The notes below the pieces were generated by a model, which searched no databases, was not told the origin of the DNA, and saw only the letters and a program-made list of their open reading frames with translations. A DNA stretch of 64,000 nucleotides, from positions 62,001 through 126,000 of the forward strand of contig KZ537984.1 in the NCBI GenBank assembly GCA_000934665.2. Reading direction: 5' to 3'. Position numbers and translations under genes: made by a program. Position 1 is the stretch's first letter. Each line of letters begins with the position of its first letter. Source of the stretch: Catajapyx aquilonaris. Its lineage: Eukaryota. Shown piece by piece: positions 15,566 to 27,302 of this stretch.

Positions 15566-17547
15566 ATGCTGTCCGACACGATTTACCATCGAGTCCTGCA
15601 AAAGCTTCCCCAGTCTGTGTCCTTCGCCTTCGCCTATGGGTCAGGAGTGTTCAGGCAGCTAGGAGAAAACCAGAAGGTGACACTGTACATCCAATGCCAC
15701 GTCTGAAAACAGGGGGCAGAAGTTCAGGGTGTTGATATGCCGGGACTTTAGACATTTGCTGACATTGGTGATCCTTGATGGAAGTGTTTCGTTTGATTTT
15801 AAGATGTAGTCTGTCAACAGCATTGTCATCTCTACTTTTTATACTTACTTTGAATCATGACCTCTGGCAGCTGGGTGGTAAGGAAATAAGAAACTGCCTG
15901 CACACACTGTTGTAGATTGTAGCGTATTTGTCACCTTATTGTGCTAAAACATTTTTTGCCGTAACTTTATTGCGAAATACTAACTGGAGCTGTCTTTCAG
16001 TTTGCTTAAAGGCAATGGAAACTCCAACAAGACCTCCAGGGCAAAGCAGATGTGAGCAGGCAGTTGCGACATTGACGAAACCATTCAAATCTCCATTAAA
16101 CATTGTACGTAAAAGTGAAGTGACTTTGGAGGAAAGGTTGGAGAAGCTTCGGAAACGAGAAGCTGAACTGGACTCTGAGATAGCTGCTTTGGAGTCAGAG
16201 GGATACACGGTAGAAGACAAGAAGGCATATATTGAGGCACTACATGAGTACAATGAGATGAAGGATGTGACGCAGGTGGTCTTGGGGCGTCTGGCCGTTG
16301 CTGAAAATGTTACTGTTAAAGAGCTACACGAGGAATATGGACTTGAAACTAAGGAGTGACCTTGTCTCTATCACAAGTGCTTAGTTATTTTCTACATTGT
16401 TATATAATGTACAGGGACAAATAAATTATTTTCTCAGGTGTCGTAGAACTTGTACTTCAACAATTCACTTTGTAGGAATGTGAGATATTTTATGCATCTT
16501 AGGGACAGGTACTTTATTTTTATTTCTTTTGAGTGTCGTGGCAGTGGGAAGTAAGAGGATCTTTCCATTTCAGGCCAACATGATTGACTTCATTCTAGCT
16601 GTCGACAGACCTAGTCAGTGGCACCGTCTCAACATAGCCAGCAATCCTAACCACTACTCCTTCCTGAGGTGGATGGGAGCAGATTTTGTAGCCCGATACC
16701 AAGAGTCTGGTGGAGCCAAGATCTACTACAACACCCTTATCCCACATGAAAATACGGTAGGCCAAATTCCGGCTCCCAAGTTACACAATGCTTACTTCCT
16801 ACAAGAGATTTTAGTTTTGCAGGTCTGTAAATAGTAACTTCTGTTATTATTTTCTAGCTGGTAAAGTATGGTGTGATATCAACCTCTGCCCTGATAACTG
16901 ACTTGCTGGACTGGGACTGTCTCTATGTAAGTGGCCGCCTGCACAAACCAGTATTGGTGTTGAAGACACCAGAGTCCGAGGCCTTACAGGTAGCGCTCCG
17001 CCACAACTTGGAAAGTGCTCTTCACGCATCATTACTAATGCTGCCAGAATCTTTTTCGGAACGTGACCTGTACATCACCTTAGCTAGATTGTCCTACATG
17101 GGGGATTTCCGCATGATATTTGGTGAGAAGAAGACCAAAGTTTCAGACATTGTGGATGCTCAGTCCCTTCAGTTCAGAGAGCTGTACTTACCTCTCCTGA
17201 AAGAGATGAGTATGATGGTTGAGTTGAATGTTGAGCAGGAAAAGGGAGAGCAGGATACTAGTCCAGAGGCACGGATGCATCATTACAACATGCTGCCCAA
17301 GACGCTTCAGAAAGCCCTTGTAAAGGAGTGGAACAAGGATGGAAAATCCAGGGATGTAGAGGAGGTGATGCATGCTGCTGCATATGACATGGACTCTCAC
17401 GACCTGATCGAGAAAGGTATCCGTGATGTAGTATTTCCTGGTAGTACTGTCCAAAGTTTAAAGTCAATCTTGGCGGCAGGGTTGTGGAAGTCATTGAGGT
17501 ACAGTGGGCGAAAAATTCGTAAAATGATGCGTTCTTCTCGCAAGTGA
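15566..17547 (+). CDS. TAMM41: Mitochondrial phosphatidate cytidylyltransferase (Tam41/Mmp37 family)
   Basis: Exons 15566-15676 (MLSDTIYHRVLQKLPQSVSFAFAYGSGVFRQLGENQK), 16574-16756 (ANMIDFILAVD..HYSFL..IYYNT) and 16858-17547 (LVKYGVIS..DLLDW..LYVSGRLHKPV..LSYMGDFRM). All junctions are GT-AG, phase 0. AATAAA near 17573. Confidence 0.95.
16015..16359 (+). CDS. SWI5: DNA repair/meiotic recombination protein SWI5/Sae3 homolog, nested in TAMM41 intron 1
   Basis: 114-aa ORF from ATG 16015: a coiled coil followed by YIEALHEYNEMKDVTQVVLGRLAVAENVTVKELHEEYGL, matching the Swi5 family motif. Upstream TACTAAC (15978-15984) and acceptor CAG at 16000; AATAAA near 16420. Confidence 0.92.
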   Translation: METPTRPPGQSRCEQAVATLTKPFKSPLNIVRKSEVTLEERLEKLRKREAELDSEIAALESEGYTVEDKKAYIEALHEYNEMKDVTQVVLGRLAVAENVTVKELHEEYGLETKE

Positions 17548-18070
17548 TGATTGTTTGTATTGTTGCTGTAGTAATAAAGTTTTAATTTTTGAATACCTTT
17601 GCACAGGAAGTACCGTTTTACGCAGCTCCTCTTTACGCAGTTTCACATTAACGCTGGTTTTAAAATTACATTTGATATTTTTTTTAACGAAATTTTTTGA
17701 AAAATTTGAAGATAAAAGATCACTGCAACACTTCTGGGTCCAAACACACAACCGTAAAGACTCTTCTTTTCTTTTTCCTGGTAACTTGTGGCAGGTTCTG
17801 TCGATGTATACAGTACCATACTGTTGGTCTCAGCACTCCCCGAAGCACTCTAACTGTTTTTAAATACACAGCGTGTACTGAAGTTCTTGCCAAAATAAGG
17901 AAATGAGCCATCAGAACTCGATTGCACTCAACCTGGAACCTCCCATTAATCAATGTTTCAAATATTCTGCATTAAAAGCAGCAAATTACGAAATTAGTAC
18001 TGCCTATGAAAAAATTTTGTATTTTGGAACCTATCTCATTTACTTACATTATAATTTAGTCTTGTTTTAC

Positions 18071-18376
18071 ACCGAAGCAGTAGTGGTGTAGTGGTATGGT
18101 GTCCGACTGCTAATCGGGAGGTCCTGGCTTCGAATCCCGGAGGCCGGCGACCCTGACCATGGTTTTCTGTGGTTTCCCATGGTCCTTGCAGGATAATTCC
18201 GGGGTCGTTACCGTAATATAGGCCACAGCCGCCTCCTTCCTTCCCTTTCCCTGCTTCATTCCGGTGATGAGAAAAATAGTAAAAATGGAAGAGTTCCAGA
18301 CAAAAAATTGGGAGAAATCCCCCCCTAGGAAAGCCTGTAGGCTGATAATGGGGTGTCAAATTAATAAAAAAATTAA
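18071..18376 (+). mobile_element. tRNA-derived SINE, family A, copy 1
   Basis: A-box TGGTGTAGTGG, B-box-like GCTTCGAATCC, body GGTTTTCTGTGGTTTCCC...GGCCACAGCCGCCTCCTTCC, A-rich tail. 15-bp TSD TTAGTCTTGTTTTAC at 18056-18070 and 18377-18391. Second copy at 29.7-30.0 kb. Confidence 0.9.
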
Positions 18377-18735
18377 TTAGTCTTGTTTTACGCCGATTCA
18401 CTTTACGCCACATTTTTATGGTACCAATTAATGGCGTAAAACGGGTACTTAAGTGTATAATTGTCATTTTCGGACCAAGTAAGGCAGTAATGGATGCCAG
18501 TGAATTGTACGAACATAAAATATTACATGTCATATCACCTGATGTGGTACATAAGAAGACAATGAAAATGTGGTGCATTTTTAAAAATCTGCATCAGTGA
18601 ATGCACACATTACGGACAAAATATGTATTTATTTGTGTTATTTCTTAAAATTACAAGTCATGCAATAATAAGTGCATGAGAGTGCAAGGTGCTGAAATCA
18701 GAATGAGTTCCAGAAACAAGAAGCTTTATGACATT

Positions 18736-21700
18736 TTAGAAAAATTCCTTGCAAGTTGGTATCCACTTGCTTTCTTCCTCGCCATAGATTTTGGCCCTCA
18801 AGACTCGGAGTCTGGATAAGGCTTCATCCCAGTCCAGGTATCCGGCTGACAGGAATCGCTCACTCCCGTCATCTTCAAAGGCCTCTCTCCCATGCAGCAC
18901 TCGTCGGTTGTCAAAGGCTGCCATGTCACCCTCACGCAGCTTCAGACTGATCATATTATTGTCACGATGAAGGATAGAATCAAACAGCTTCATTGCTGCA
19001 TAGAAAGCTTCGACTTTCTCAGGCTCAAGGTCTAGGAATGAATCCCGCTGGGCAGCGCTCATGTTAACACGTTGCGTCTTTCCATCACGATTGAGCCTGA
19101 AATTAAGCAGTAAAGAAGTATTTTTTGAAACTTGCCACGAATAAATTTGACAGTATGGTATTATGTGGTTTGCAGGTCATTAGTCAGCCTCGGATGTAAT
19201 TTAAATTGTGTTACATGGAGTGAATCATGCTAATGTTGTGGAGGTGACTTACTCTATGAGAGGTGTGTTATTGATTTTGTAGAATGGGATAGAATCAGCA
19301 CCAAGATCACAAAAGTAGACTGGTGTGGTGGTCAGGATGTGGTATTCCTCAGGGTGTTGATACTTGAGCTCTCGAACAGCAGAAAACGCATCAGAAAATG
19401 TTGTTTCCCCACCAGCACCAGTGCATTGCTTTATGCAGTGCAAGATCTGAATCTAGGTGAGAAAAGGTGCAAATGAAATTGTAAGACTTCCACAGATTCA
19501 ATGGACTTACTCCTGGGGCATATTCATAATATGGAAGATCCGTGTGAAGGCTCAGCTTGGCATTGGTGTAGGCGATGTTGCTTGGGTCATGCTTGGAATG
19601 GACGGTGAACTCGACAAGGCTGTGAGCATAAGTTCAATCGTTTTTATTAGGTACTGATGAATTAGAAGGGCAAGAATTCAGCGCAATAGCTTACTTGTAA
19701 TGTGTTTGCCTCATGAACCCCACTCGCTGCGAGAGCCTCTTCACCTGTCCTTCCTTTTGAGGTGCACTAGTAATGAGGGTGAACCCATATTTCTCCAAGT
19801 TCTCCAGCCATTTGAGCAAGGTCTCATTGGAGCTCATTAGTTCATTGAAGTCACAGGAGGGCAGTTTGTCAGGCTGCCCCATCTCCGCACCCCAGAAGTG
19901 CATGGGAGCCTTGTACTCAGCCCTTCTCTTTGCCCTGGCATCCACGTTAAATGCCCTTCTTGACAGCCACTCGGGTCGGAATGAGCTCTTGTGTCCATCT
20001 GGCCATACCAGTTTCAGCTTCCCAGAACCAAGCCATGCTTGAGGTGAAGCAGAGTGGATATCCAAGTCTTGCATCAGGAGCTTACGTCCTACTGTAGGTG
20101 ATGGGCAGCAGTGGTGGCACTGACAATTGTCACGAAGCCACGCAAAAGGGTAGACATCCTTGGTGGCATCTGACCAAGTTATGCACACCATTCGAGCCTC
20201 TTTGTCCACTGACACGCCCTCTATTATTTTGTCGCTTTCCACACTGGCTGTTTGGGCTGGAAAAAATGGTTTATTTAAGTTTTATTATGCATGTTATAAT
20301 CAAAAATTGACTTTGGTATGGAAAGAAAACCCTCCCATAAGCACACTGCAATGACATACAAACTTGATTCATAGGCTTGCATACCACTGGTCATGTACTA
20401 AAATCCTGAATGGTAATTTTATATCAGACCAATTCCAAGCGAATACCTTGTCAGTAGTGTTTTGCTTTCAGTGCCATGCTGATTATTTATCAAAGTTTAT
20501 GAACTCTTGTAGTATACAGTATTTTTATAGCATTGTGGTAGGATCTGATATCAATAGTTAGACAACATAGGGTCTACTGTCATCTCTTTCCCTTTTCTTA
20601 TCATTACAGTCCGAAGATCCATACGCACGTTCATGGTTCACCCACTCAACCTTACATGCCAGGTGTCAATACTGACATAGATTGTTCTGTATTTACTTAC
20701 ATGGTCATTAGACGATGAACTTTATATCAGTGATGAACAGAAAGGACTTTCCAACGGCATGAAACTGGAATTCACTAGTTATGAAGTAAGCAAATCAGCG
20801 GGATTTTTTCCCCTGGTGATGTCATACTCTGATTGTGGTAGTTGATCGTGATGCATACCCAAATTAGTGCTGGTGGTTTACGATGCAGATATGTAATCTG
20901 TAAGCTCACACCAGTCATCAAGGAAGTAAAAGTGGAATGTTCTTAAATTGCATATAGTATGTGTTCAAATCTAGATTAGAGTCCCATTTTGTGTTGTCTC
21001 ATCAGTGAGCACATCATATCACAAAATATAAATGTAGATAACCAGAAGAAATAAATTAAGAAACTTTTACATTACTCTAGCTCAACTTTGCACTCCAAGT
21101 AAACAGACCTCAGATTTCTCTGTACATTGAATTACTCTTGAACTAACATTACTGAGACAACATCAGTGATATTACATCATTGGATAAATAGTAATCTATT
21201 TTTCATGATAGGTCAGTTGATTCCATATGGTTTAAGTGGGCCTACAGATGTTTCACATCAGTGCATTTTGATATCAAGAGATATGATGCCATGGAAAAGC
21301 TTAATGCCACTACCTACATCACAATTATTTTCTGATAGGAGGTGAAAAGTATTGACTGTGTACTTCATTTCCAGCCTAAAACTAGAATTTATAAAGTTAC
21401 TCAATCTCAACCTGCTGGTCCACAAGTACAAAATAATGCTGTAAAATACTTATGGGGGAAAAAAATCAAGGTCATGATGGTGGCCACCAGGCCACATATC
21501 CCAAATGTTTAGGACGGTGTATTTCTAAAACTTCCTAAGTACTGCACCACTTCCTATGATGAGGTTCCAATCAAGGGCCGAGTGGTGAGGTGTGTGGGGC
21601 CGAGTGAGAAAGTGACAGAATTCTACTGTACTTCCCACCAATTGCTTAGCATCAACGTCCCATGCTAAAAGGGGGAATATTGATGAGAAATCGTGAGAAA

Positions 21701-22332
21701 TATTTCCATAGGAAGATGAATTCTGTCACCTACTGAACTCTACCCTTGATGGCCCCATGATAGCACCATGCCACAGAAATATTCAGTCGTATAGTAGGTA
21801 GGCACAATGATGATATTGAATTACTTCTGCAAGAAGCATGCTGTTGCACTTGTGCTTGTGCAGACCTGTACTAAGGGGTTGGTAATAATTATTTCCCTTT
21901 CATCAGAGAATTCACATGAAGTATGGTATGTGGTGGTCTTAAACTTTTGCATGACACTGTACATTCACTTATGTTTGTGAAGTGTGAAGAACTAAGTAAA
22001 CTTAAGTGATCTAATGTGATTTTTACTTGACAGAAGTCATATAATTTTCCTTAAGCCAAATATGCTTGTTTTTCATTATCTTCTGATAATACACTTCAAG
22101 GATAATCTTTTGTCAAGGCGACCAGTCACCTCTTGATAGCTTGAAGGTGTTACTCACCTTCCTGCCGGACACGTGAACAAATGTGGAAGTGTCTCTTGTT
22201 GACATGCACATTTGGAGCTTGCAGTTTCAGTTGTAATATCGCTCTCTCTGGCCTTGTTGCTGCAATTCTTCTGCAGAACACATTTAGGCTGCGTTTGATG
22301 AGTACCGATGACAGTTGAGATGTTGACATCAT
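18736..22332 (-). CDS. BBOX1: Gamma-butyrobetaine dioxygenase-like paralog A (Fe(II)/2OG oxygenase), canonical-looking substrate pocket
   Basis: Exons 22332-22158, 20256-19695, 19619-19511, 19452-19253 and 19096-18736, phases consistent. Zn motif WLRDNCQCHHC..WPDGH; NIAYT..LHTDLPYYEY; FDNRRVLHGREAF; RFLSAGYLDWD. Arg-rich N-terminal extension. Acceptor at 22338 implies an upstream non-coding exon (candidate donor near 23960). Confidence 0.9.
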
Positions 22333-24497
22333 TTTGACTGGAACAAAAAAAAATTAATTGGGATAAGAGGAACTAGTAATTGTTGAGGTGGATTCACCCT
22401 TTACTGGGATACATCACACTACCATGTAAGACTATAAAATGTGAATACAAGCAAGAGCTGATACAAGTGATAGTAGCCTGTCCTTGCACTGCACTGGTGT
22501 GTTGAGTATAGTTGGACTATTAAATGTAGAATTATCACTTACTATATGACAAGATTGTAGCTCAGGGTGAAATAACACACTTGTCACTCTTATCACTGTT
22601 ATTCTTTTCTAAGATGTTGAAGTACCAAAAGCAGTGCACTTAACATGCATGCCGGTTAGATGTCAAAGAGTCATGTTTGTTAATAATATTGCAGTTTATG
22701 ACCTTATGAATCTAACAATAAACAGTGAAGGACTTTTCATTTAATAGGGAATTTGCCCAAAAAGTGATTTTAGGTAGCCTACCTAGGTGTCCATAGCTTT
22801 TATTTGTCGAACAACTATCACAAAACTTATGTCATTGATAACAGGTAGTTTACATTTCCAAATATTATGCCACGGATATTCATTATCTGAATGCTGTAAT
22901 TGAGGAAAAACCAAATGGACAAATGCCTTCTTTGTGGAAAACATGTGAGCATATTTTCTGTAACCCATCCAGAGCAAAGTTCCACCTTGCATCATCATTC
23001 TTGTAGCTAATGTTTACATGCCTGGAATTCTGGAAGTGTGCTTCTCTTGTAATGAACAATACATTGTTGAGACACTTTTTTTGAAATGACAAGAAATCCT
23101 CAGAGGCGTGTTGCTTCTGCACATGTAATATACCAAATGTGCTGCATGTTCCACCACTTCCGTTTAAATTGGACCAATGCTACAGCAAATAAAAGTACGT
23201 TGGGTGCACATCTTTACCAACAGTGCACATGGTGCTTAAAAAAATGTTTTTTGGATTCTTATTACCATTTCATGCTTGAGCCACCAAAAATAGTTCATAT
23301 AACAAAGAACTATGTAATTTGGACCTTACAAAAAAGTCTAAAACCATCCTAAATGAGCCTACCTGCAGCATAATTACAACACATTTTAGGTCATGCTTTG
23401 ATTAGTGACTATTTTAATCCTGACAGGTATAACAATTATTATTTAGTCCTTATATCAAAGCAGTACTTCATGTGCTCTGAAATTGTTTAAATTAATCTGA
23501 AAAAGCTTAACGAATTATTGGAGAGTTGGATTGATTCACATGTAATACAAGGCTCTCCAATCTAGATAATAATTATATGGAGCATGTAACATTAAATTTT
23601 ATCATCAGGCAGAGACTCAATCTCTTTTTTTTTGTCAACAAATTATATTCACCTTGTAGCAAAGAAATTTATTACATGGCGGGGAAAGTGACATACATGT
23701 ATTTGCAAGGATCATGAAACTCCCACAAAGAAATGGAATGACAATAATGAAATTATCAAATTTATAGCATTAAACAGTAACTACTATTTATAAAAAGCTA
23801 ACCATTCTATTTCAAGCATGCTTCATCACAATCAAGGCCAATAGCTCTTAGATGTAGCAGCACAATTATCATGAAAAGTGTATCAAATGTCTGACCTGGT
23901 TGGCATGACTATCTCCATAATGATAGAACAGGATGTGAAAGAAAAAATTTCCTTACTTACCAGACACTTTTTAGGCTAGTGCACCATTCTAAAAAAAACA
24001 ACCTGCAGCTTCCTAGAGCAAGGGCCTGTCCTTCTCTGACCTGGACCCACTCTGTTATGGTACAGCTGAGTAACTGATATAATGGGTTCTTATCAGCGGA
24101 ACTTGGACTTATAATCACCAGCCAAGATATAGAATTAGACTTTGGCAGTCACCTTGAGGACATATAGGAAACAGTTACTACTCCTGGCACTGTGGAAGGA
24201 GTCAAGGCAAATAATGTTAAATTAAACAAAAAAGTACAGTGGTACTGGTAGTGATCATTATTTAATATGACATCACTGCCGCTTATACAAAGAAACAATA
24301 ACACAGTCTGTTAAAAAATAGATGACACTATGGTTAGGTACAATGCATGCTTCATTTTGTACTATAGGTCTCGATAGTAGGCACCTTTCCCCCATATATG
24401 ACTTATGTATGTGCCGCTTGACCATTTTTGAAGTACGTTTGAAATGTTTAAAATTTGGATAAATTGTTAAATGAAGATTATTGTTGATTTTGTGGGA

Positions 24498-27302
24498 CTA
24501 ATTAAAAAAGGGAAGATCCTCTGTTCCTTCCAGCTTGCACTTCAGGACACGTGTCTTGGACCTTACTTCATCCCAATCTATGTATGCAGTCTCAAAATGA
24601 CGGCTAGTGGTGGCTGCTTCATTGAAGGCCTCCCGACCATGCAACACACGCATGTTGTCAAATGCAAGCATCTCACCTGCAAATGAAAATAATGTGAATG
24701 GAAAGTGTAATGCACATGCAGACAAAATATGACAAGTGCTTGGTAACTTACCACCTGCAAGCTTAAAGCGAGCTTTGTTCTTCTTGTCATTGCAGAGATC
24801 ATGGTAAAGCTTCATAGCTTCATACATGGGCTGGACCAGCTCCAGACTCACACTGAAGAATGAGTCGCGCACCTGGTTGTTGAAGTTTATCCTCTCTGGA
24901 GCTCCTTCTCTGTTCAGCCTGCATTTAAAGTGTTAGCATTAAGTAATATTTGATGCTTGAAAACTCAAAAATTGAATCAGGAAAGGCACATACTGAATTA
25001 TTGGAGCACGATGGATCTTGTAGTATGGAATAATGTCAACACCAACATCATGGAAATCAACTGGCACAGTTGTGAGGAGGTGGAAAGCACGAGGGTGTAA
25101 ACGGCGAAGCTGCCTTGCGACAAAAAAACCATCGACCAAGTTGTTCTCGCCTCCTACATCTGACTGCTGAATGCAGCGCAGGAATTGCACCTGTGTTTTA
25201 AAAATGCACAATGAGATTAATTCTGAACCCTTCTTAATACGAGTAACACTCTTACCCCGGGCATGTATTCATAGTAGACCAGATCAGTGTGCAAGCCAAG
25301 TTCAAGATTGCTGTCTGACAAGTTGTTTGGTTCATGAGTCGACATCACAATATCTTCCCCAATTCTGTGAAAACAAGATAACAAAATTCATGAGTGAACC
25401 CCTTGAACCCAATCGAATATCCCATTCCGAAATAAATTACGAACAAATATTGAACCAATACAAGTGGATCAATCACAATACTAGTAGTATGAACTATTAT
25501 CATAATATTACAAAACAAAAAAGTTACATGCTCTCATTCTAGTAACTCTCATTAAATTTTCCCAGCCATATAACGCAAAATTTTTTCTAAATAATTACTA
25601 GACCGGTACTATACTATACTAAAACTTATATTCTCAGTAAATACTGCCTAATGTTGGGCCAGTCTTCGTTATAACTCACCCATAATGACTGGGCTTGAGG
25701 AATGCAATCCTACTTCCCAAGAAGTTGGTCTGCCCCTCGAGTGGAGGCACGTTCCTGATTAGGGTCAATCCAAAGCGCTCCAGATCTTCCAGCCAGGTCA
25801 GCATGACAGAATCAGAATTTATCAATTGGGAAAAGTCAACTGTGGGGATTTTGTTGTTCCTATCGAGGTCATCTGCACCCCAAAGGGTAAGAGGGCCACG
25901 CTGGGTACGGCGCCTCTTCTCCTGGGCAGCAGGATTAAAGGCTCTCTGGACAAGCCATTGAGATTCATACGTGCTACGGTGCCCATCGGGCCAGGTCACC
26001 TCCAGAAATGACCCAGCATTTAATATCTGTAAGGCAGGTTATTCTGAGTCACATTCCTTAGCCCATTATTACGATTCTTATTTCGGTTACAATGTCTGTA
26101 CCACCCAATCTCAATGGTTACATGTAAGGGTTCAGGTCAATTTTAACCAATCATGTGTTTTAATCTCACAATTGCTTAAGCTTCCATGATCTCACATAAG
26201 CAATACAAGGGCACTGTATAATCAAGGTTTCAGTAACATTTGAGATCTATAAACCCTGAGCTACAAGATAGCCTGCTTGCAATAATGAAAAGTTGGGTCA
26301 CTGAGGTGAGTGTGGCAGGAAGCCATAAAAGATATCACTTTTATGTCTACTTTGGTCAACAGAGGTGGTTAGTAACATGTGACATTGGATTACACAACTC
26401 CAAAATACTGTAGATGGTACTTTGCATGATAATAGCACAAGCCGTTATCATTGCTCTGACTTGTCAAGAACTACAGAATTAACATTATTGCTTAATATTT
26501 AAAATGCAGTCTAGTGATCATATCCACTCTAGATAATTATGACTCAGCCAAAACATGCAATTATAAGTACGAAATATTTTTCTTCACCACGCAATTCCAG
26601 AAGTGCATTTCTAACCAAGATGACAACTGATAACAAGTAGTTGATATATGTAAATGCAATAAAACTTAAATCATACCTCAACCGCCTCTGGATGAACTTT
26701 GGGATCCAAGTCCTTCATGAGATGCTGGCGGCTCTGAGATGTTTGTAGGAAGCATTTTGGGCACTGGCAGTTGTCCCTGAGCCACACAGATGGATAGCGA
26801 TCCTTATTTCCATTGGCCCAGACTACCTCCAACATGCGGTTCTTTGCATCCAGGGAAACTGCACTCAGCTTCTTGCCATTGGACGGATTTGGTGCTGCAC
26901 CTGTAAACAAAGAAAACATTATGAAAATATTATCCAAAGCCTTATGTAAGGAAGCTTAAAAGAATCCAGTAATGTCTGGAATAATTTGCCAAATGATTAC
27001 GATATTCTGTGGTGTTAAACATCTGTTGAGATGTTTAGCAATGCACTAGTTATGTAACAGACATGTAGCTTACACTTTTCCTGGGGTAGAGCACTCTGGT
27101 GCCTAACCGGAGTATGGCAGGTTGCTGATATGGGCACATCCTTCACAATGGTAGTTGACAAGACTCGTTGCAATGCCCTGCCCCTCTGGAACTCGCACAG
27201 TACATTAGACCTTTTGGATAACCCAGACAAGTCTTGAATGCTGCCAAGACTTGAGTGGATTCTGTAGATCCCTCTGCGGAGAGTGTGAAAACTCAAGAGC
27301 AT
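24498..27302 (-). CDS. Gamma-butyrobetaine dioxygenase-like paralog B, divergent substrate pocket
   Basis: Exons 27302-27074, 26900-26677, 26026-25680, 25364-25256, 25190-24994, 24918-24752 and 24676-24498, phases consistent with no stops. WLRDNCQCPKC..WPDGH; LHTDLVYYEY; RINFNNQVRD; FDNMRVLHGREAF; RHFETAYIDWD. Confidence 0.9.

Noticed and set aside
18071..18145. tRNA gene look-alikes (also near 29900-29970 and 45360-45432)
   Set aside because: They are SINE heads: each continues into a body and tail bounded by TSDs.
18036..18578. 180-aa minus-strand ORF
   Set aside because: Runs antisense through the SINE and AT-rich flank with no protein-like features.
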